Source: an uncultured Candidatus Binatia bacterium (GTDB lineage: Bacteria > Desulfobacterota > Binatia > Bin18). Taken from it: 64,000 nt of DNA. The stretch spans positions 3,296,001-3,360,000 of the forward strand of contig OZ243961.1 in assembly GCA_965214605.1 (NCBI GenBank), given 5' to 3'. This document shows positions 59,440 to 64,000 of the stretch, one piece after another (the stretch's first letter is position 1; each line of letters starts with the position of its first letter). Under the pieces are notes generated by a model that saw nothing but the letters and a program-made list of their open reading frames with translations, made no database searches and was not told the origin of the DNA. The position numbers and the translations under genes were made by a program.

Positions 59440-60669
59440 ATGGACTATCCGAAACTCCGCCCGATTGAAGCCTTTCCGGTTGCCGTCGAAAACGGCACGC
59501 GCATCTATATACGCGACCCGCTCAATTATGCGACCGAGCCGCTACTGTTGCCCCGAGTCACCTATTTTATCCTCAGCCATTTTGACGGCCAACACTCGCT
59601 GCTGGATATCCAGGAGGCGTTTGCCCGCAAATGTAATCAAGTACTCCCCAGTGATCAGCTGCGCAAACTCGTGGGACAGCTGGATTCCTACTATTACCTG
59701 GACAGCGACCGCTTTGCTCAGCTGCAGCAAGACACGCTCAATGACTTTCGTCAGGCCTCGGTGCGAGACATGGCCCATGCCGATACCTGTTATTCGTCCC
59801 ACGCGGACGAATTTAGCCGCCAACTCACGGCCTTTTTCGTCGGCGATGAGGGGCCGGGACTGCCCAGCGCTCCAGACCAAACCCAGTCTCCGCTGCGCGG
59901 CCTCATCGCCCCCCATATTGATCTGCGGGTCGGCGGCCCGACCTACGCCTGGGCCTACAAGGAGCTGGCCGAGCGGTGCGATGCCGACCTCTTCGTCGTG
60001 CTCGGCACCTCGCACTACGGCACCAACGACCTGTTTGTCTCAACCCTGAAAGACTACGATACGCCGCTGGGACCGGTGAAAACCGATCAGGTCTTCCTGC
60101 GTGCCCTCCAGGCCAATTACAGCCAGGACCTGTTTGCCGACGAACTGTTGCACCGCACCGAGCACTCGCTCGAATTCCAAATGTTGTTCCTACGGTACGT
60201 GCTGGCCGACAGGCGAGATTTGACGGTCGTGCCGATTCTGGTGTCGTCTTTTCACCACATGATCATGACCAAAACCCCACCGACTGAGACTTCCCGTGTG
60301 GCGGATTTTCTGACCGCTCTACACAAGACGATTGCCGACAGTCGCCGCTCGGTGTGTTTTGTGGCCGGAGTAGACTTTGCCCATGTGGGACAAAAGTTTG
60401 GCGATCACGGTGAGCTGACTCAGGACTTTCTGGATTGGGTAGAAGCCGAAGACCGGCGGCTGATCCAAGCCCTGGAAAACGTCGATCCGGACGATTTCTT
60501 TGACCAGATTGCTAAAGACGCGGATAAACGCCGGGTATGCGGTTTTGCGCCGATGTATACCATGTTGCATCTGCTCAATACCAAGCACGGCAAGCTGCTC
60601 AAATATGACCGCTCGCTCGATCGCCAGACCCAGTCGTCGGTCAGCTTTGCCAGTTTAGCCTTCTACTGA
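59440..60669 (+). CDS. MEMO1 family (AmmeMemoRadiSam system protein B) with N-terminal extension
   Basis: 'IAPHID', 'GTSH', 'TPLG', 'EHSLEFQ', 'DFAHVG', 'VCG'; GAGGAG RBS. Confidence 0.88.
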   Translation: MDYPKLRPIEAFPVAVENGTRIYIRDPLNYATEPLLLPRVTYFILSHFDGQHSLLDIQEAFARKCNQVLPSDQLRKLVGQLDSYYYLDSDRFAQLQQDTLNDFRQASVRDMAHADTCYSSHADEFSRQLTAFFVGDEGPGLPSAPDQTQSPLRGLIAPHIDLRVGGPTYAWAYKELAERCDADLFVVLGTSHYGTNDLFVSTLKDYDTPLGPVKTDQVFLRALQANYSQDLFADELLHRTEHSLEFQMLFLRYVLADRRDLTVVPILVSSFHHMIMTKTPPTETSRVADFLTALHKTIADSRRSVCFVAGVDFAHVGQKFGDHGELTQDFLDWVEAEDRRLIQALENVDPDDFFDQIAKDADKRRVCGFAPMYTMLHLLNTKHGKLLKYDRSLDRQTQSSVSFASLAFY

Positions 60670-60685
60670 GCACGGGGCGAGACGC

Positions 60686-61795
60686 CTAGGGTTTTTCTCC
60701 TTCATAGCTAATCCGATAAAGCACGTTGGCCCGGTCGTCTGAGACCACTAGCGCGCCGTCGGGCATGACAAGGACATCCGCCGGCCGGCCCCAGGCCGAA
60801 CGGCCTTGCAACCAGCCCTGGGCAAAGACCTCGTATGAGATCGGAGCGTTATCTTTGAGCCGGACTAGGCTGATTCGGTAGCCAATTGGATCGCTACGGT
60901 TCCAAGAGCCGTGCTCGGCAATAAAAATCTGGTTGTGGTAGGCCGTCGGGAACATCGTGCCGGTATAAAAGCGCATGCCAAGCGCCGCAACGTGGGGACC
61001 GAGTTCTTGGGCTGTTCCGGCAAAATCGGCACATGGGCGTTGGTGACCAAACTCTGGGTCAGGAATACGGCCCGCGTGACAGTACGGAAAACCAAAATGA
61101 AGACCCGGCTCGGGGGCCCGGTTCAACTCGTCTGGAGGAATATCATTGCCCAGATTGTCCCGCCCATTATCGGTAAACCAGAGCTCCTCGGTGTGTGGGT
61201 GCCAGTCAAATCCGACCGTATTTCTAATCCCCTGGGCAAAGACCTCGACCTCACTGCCGTCGACGTTCATGCGCAGCAGTGAGGCGTAACGTTCGTCCGC
61301 TCGAGTGCACACGTTACACGGTGCGCCCACCGGTACATAGAGTTTGCCGTCCGGCCCAAAGCCGATAAATTTCCAGCCGTGCCAGCGGTCGGTAGGCAGC
61401 CGGCTAGTGACTACCACCGGCCGGGGTGGATTGTCGAGCCGGTTCTCAATATTGTCAAAACGCAAGATGCGGTGGATTTCGGCCACATACAGGGCACCGT
61501 CATGGAAGGCCACGCCGTTTGGCGCAAACAGTCCGTCCGCTAGGCGAACAACTGTCTCGGCTGTGTGATCGGCGTTACTGTCGAGGAGCGCGTAGACGCT
61601 ACCCTCGGAGCGCGTGCCGACAAAAACCGTTCCTTGAGCGCCGAGGGCCAGGGAGCGGGCGTTAGGGACATCGGTTGCGTACAGACTGATGGAAAAGCCG
61701 TCCGGCAGCTGAATGGCGCCCAGACGGTCCGACGATTCGCTGGCGGTTGAGCTGCAGGCGACGAGGCCGACAAGAACGGCCATATACACATACAT
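60686..61795 (-). CDS. PQQ-dependent glucose/sorbosone dehydrogenase family lipoprotein
   Basis: Lipobox 'LVAC', 'LPDGF', 'GAPCN', 'GIRNTVG', 'HGSWNR', 'GRPADV', 'SDD'; start uncertain. Confidence 0.88.
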   Translation of the reverse strand: MYVYMAVLVGLVACSSTASESSDRLGAIQLPDGFSISLYATDVPNARSLALGAQGTVFVGTRSEGSVYALLDSNADHTAETVVRLADGLFAPNGVAFHDGALYVAEIHRILRFDNIENRLDNPPRPVVVTSRLPTDRWHGWKFIGFGPDGKLYVPVGAPCNVCTRADERYASLLRMNVDGSEVEVFAQGIRNTVGFDWHPHTEELWFTDNGRDNLGNDIPPDELNRAPEPGLHFGFPYCHAGRIPDPEFGHQRPCADFAGTAQELGPHVAALGMRFYTGTMFPTAYHNQIFIAEHGSWNRSDPIGYRISLVRLKDNAPISYEVFAQGWLQGRSAWGRPADVLVMPDGALVVSDDRANVLYRISYEGEKP

Positions 61796-61935
61796 GGGGA
61801 ATCTTAATGACACGGATAGGGTTTCCTCGGTGGGGGATGGCTCCAACTGTGACACGCCAGGCATGATCCATCAAGCTCCTCTGTGTTGATGCGCCTTTTG
61901 TTCGCTGGCATAACAGAAGAAGTGAGGAGGGTGGT

Positions 61936-62547
61936 ATGATTTTGACCCGCAGACAGAGAGAGATTTGGGAATATCTGGGCACCTACACCGCCACCTATGG
62001 CTACGCGCCCACCCTCGAAGAGATCGGAGCTCATTTTGGGCTGTCTTCGCTGGCCACCGTTCATAAACATCTCAGTAACCTTGAGCGCAAAGGGGTTATT
62101 ACCCGCAAGTGGAATCTCAGTCGGGCGATTGAATTGACGCCGCCCCAAAAAACGGCTCAGGCGTTAGAGCTGCCCTTGCTCGGTCAGGTCGCGGCCGGAC
62201 TGCCGATTGAAGCGGTTGAAATTCAGGACGTGTTGTCCGTTCCGGTTGACCTGCTCCGGAGACCCCACGAATCCTTCGCCCTGCAGGTCAAAGGCCGCTC
62301 CATGGTTGACGAGGGCATCTTGGACGGAGATTTCATCGTTGTTGAGAAGCGACCCAACGCCGATAATGGGGAAACCGTTGTCGCTCTGATTCATGGGGAC
62401 GCTACGGTCAAAAAGTTCTACCGTGAACCGGGCGGCCGCGTTCGCCTCCAACCCGCCAATCCCGAGGTGGAGCCGATTATGGTTGACGAAACCGAGGTCG
62501 AAATCCGAGGCGTGGTCAGCGCGGTGGTGCGAAAATATAGGAAGTAA
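61936..62547 (+). CDS. lexA: SOS repressor LexA
   Basis: wHTH 'LTRRQ...PTLEEIG..FG..S..TV..HL', Ala-Gly cleavage site 'VAAG', Ser 'GRSM', Lys 'TVKK'. Confidence 0.97.
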   Translation: MILTRRQREIWEYLGTYTATYGYAPTLEEIGAHFGLSSLATVHKHLSNLERKGVITRKWNLSRAIELTPPQKTAQALELPLLGQVAAGLPIEAVEIQDVLSVPVDLLRRPHESFALQVKGRSMVDEGILDGDFIVVEKRPNADNGETVVALIHGDATVKKFYREPGGRVRLQPANPEVEPIMVDETEVEIRGVVSAVVRKYRK

Positions 62548-62574
62548 AAGATTGTTCGCTCCGACCCATCTGCC

Positions 62575-63720
62575 ATGGCTTTCTCCCTGTACATCCACAT
62601 TCCCTACTGTCTGGTGAAATGCCCCTACTGCGATTTTAATGCCTACGGGGGGCGAAGCTGGCCGGAAGAGCGCTATGTTGACGCGCTGTGCACTGAACTC
62701 CGCCACGCGGTCGAGCAGCCGGTCTGGCGGGCCGAGCAGGTTGAGACGATTTACTTTGGCGGCGGTACGCCCTCGCTTTTTGCGCCCGCCTCAATTGAGC
62801 GTTTTCTGCGCATGGTGGCTCGGCTGTGCCCCCTTGCCACCGAACCTGAAATCAGTCTGGAAGCGGACCCGGCTTCGGTTAGCCAAGACACACTCGACGG
62901 CTTTGGGGCTGGAGAGGTCAACCGGCTGAGCTTTGGCGTCCAATCTTTCCAGCCCGCGGTGCTGAAAACGCTGGGCCGCTTACACAGCCGGCACGACGCC
63001 CACCGGGCCATCAGCTGGGCCCGTCAGGCCGGCTTTACTAATCTGAGTCTTGATCTCATGTTTGGCATACCGGGGCAGACCCTGCCCTTATTAGAGGCCG
63101 ACCTCGCGCAGGCGCTCGCCTACCAGCCTGAGCATATCTCAATCTATAATCTGAGCTACGAAGAGGGCACCCCGTTTTTTTTGTGGCGGCAAACCGGCCG
63201 TTTGCGCCCGATCGACGAAGAGCTGGAAGTGGCCATGTTTGAGCTGATTCAAGACTCCTGCCTGAGTCATGGCTACGCCCAGTACGAAATCTCAAACTTT
63301 GCTCGTCCAGGCTTTGCCTCCCAACACAACCGTCGCTACTGGACAGGCCAGAATTATCTTGGCCTCGGGGCCGGGGCACATTCTTTTTGCCGTGAACCGG
63401 GCTGGGGAAGGCGCTGGAGTAACGAGACCAGCCCCCGCGCCTATATGGCCAAGGTCATCTCGGGCGGAGACGCGCGGTGCTTTGAAGAGGCACTGAATCA
63501 AGACCAGGCGAAGGCTGAGTTCATGTTTCTCAGCCTTCGCCAGCTCGACGGCTTTGCGCCCGAGGCGTTTGCCGCTCGGTTTGGGGTGAGTCTAGAAGTG
63601 GCCTTCCCACAGGTGAACGATCTGATTGGTGCGGGTGTGCTGCAGCAAGAAGCCGGGCGGGTGAAGCTTTCCCGACGGGGGCAGCTGATTGCCGATACGG
63701 TTTTTGCGGCTTTTGTGTAG
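62575..63720 (+). CDS. hemW: Radical SAM family heme chaperone HemW
   Basis: 'LYIHIPYC..KC.YCDF', 'GGGTPS', 'YEISNFA', 'HN..YW', 'G.GAH'. Confidence 0.92.
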   Translation: MAFSLYIHIPYCLVKCPYCDFNAYGGRSWPEERYVDALCTELRHAVEQPVWRAEQVETIYFGGGTPSLFAPASIERFLRMVARLCPLATEPEISLEADPASVSQDTLDGFGAGEVNRLSFGVQSFQPAVLKTLGRLHSRHDAHRAISWARQAGFTNLSLDLMFGIPGQTLPLLEADLAQALAYQPEHISIYNLSYEEGTPFFLWRQTGRLRPIDEELEVAMFELIQDSCLSHGYAQYEISNFARPGFASQHNRRYWTGQNYLGLGAGAHSFCREPGWGRRWSNETSPRAYMAKVISGGDARCFEEALNQDQAKAEFMFLSLRQLDGFAPEAFAARFGVSLEVAFPQVNDLIGAGVLQQEAGRVKLSRRGQLIADTVFAAFV

Positions 63721-63745
63721 GGGGCAAGAGGAGGCGTGCTGCACG

Positions 63746-64000
63746 TTACGGATGGGAAAAGTACTCGTACAACACCTGCATATACGGTCCGCACGCGCGT
63801 CGGGCTTTGACAAAGTCACGTGCCTCTTCGAGCCTCAGGCTGTGATGGGCGTGTAGATAGGCGATAGCCAGCGTCGGGGCCCGATTACAGCCCGCATTGC
63901 AGTGCACGAAAACCGTCCTGCCAGCTTGGACAAAGCTGTGGAGTGCGCTCAGGGCTTGGGGGAGGCTGGCGGCCAAGCTCTGACAGTTGAAGTCAGCGAC
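63746..64000 (-). CDS. Dual-specificity protein phosphatase family (5' truncated by window)
   Basis: 'VHCNAGCNRA' HCx5R motif, 'AYL'. Confidence 0.85.
   Translation of the reverse strand, partial: VADFNCQSLAASLPQALSALHSFVQAGRTVFVHCNAGCNRAPTLAIAYLHAHHSLRLEEARDFVKARRACGPYMQVLYEYFSHP

Overview
64 kb of core chromosome from a GC-rich (~60%) diderm bacterium. The 16S/23S sequence and gene repertoire look Binatota/Desulfobacterota-like; this is inference and needs a 16S search. Left part: a molybdenum-hydroxylase (xanthine dehydrogenase/CoxMSL-family) cluster with two large-subunit paralogs and a MoaD-like sulfur carrier, an MscS/MgtE/CNNM Mg2+ cluster, amidohydrolase, Nudix CoAse, a tandem family III CoA-transferase pair, aat, crcB, an acoABX operon, gshA, otsB and an ECF sigma/anti-sigma pair. 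Middle: a non-canonical PepM-like/nucleotidyltransferase fusion with a QW-repeat protein and Rieske ferredoxin, a DEDD-UvrC fusion, a translationally coupled BpsA-like + GNAT + FkbH + ACP operon (best candidate for an undescribed pathway), an rRNA operon (16S-tRNAIle-tRNAAla-23S) that terminates without a 5S gene, larE carrying a 71-bp direct repeat, and a ~410-nt very GC-rich self-complementary intergenic element. Right part: PBP1B, tsaD, rsmA, a lipid A/Kdo operon (gnnA-like, lpxB, msbA, DUF374, waaA, lpxK, methyltransferase, waaF, kdkA), MEMO1-family gene, sorbosone dehydrogenase, lexA, hemW. No CRISPR array, transposase or phage gene was seen. All calls are from motif recognition only; no database search was run.
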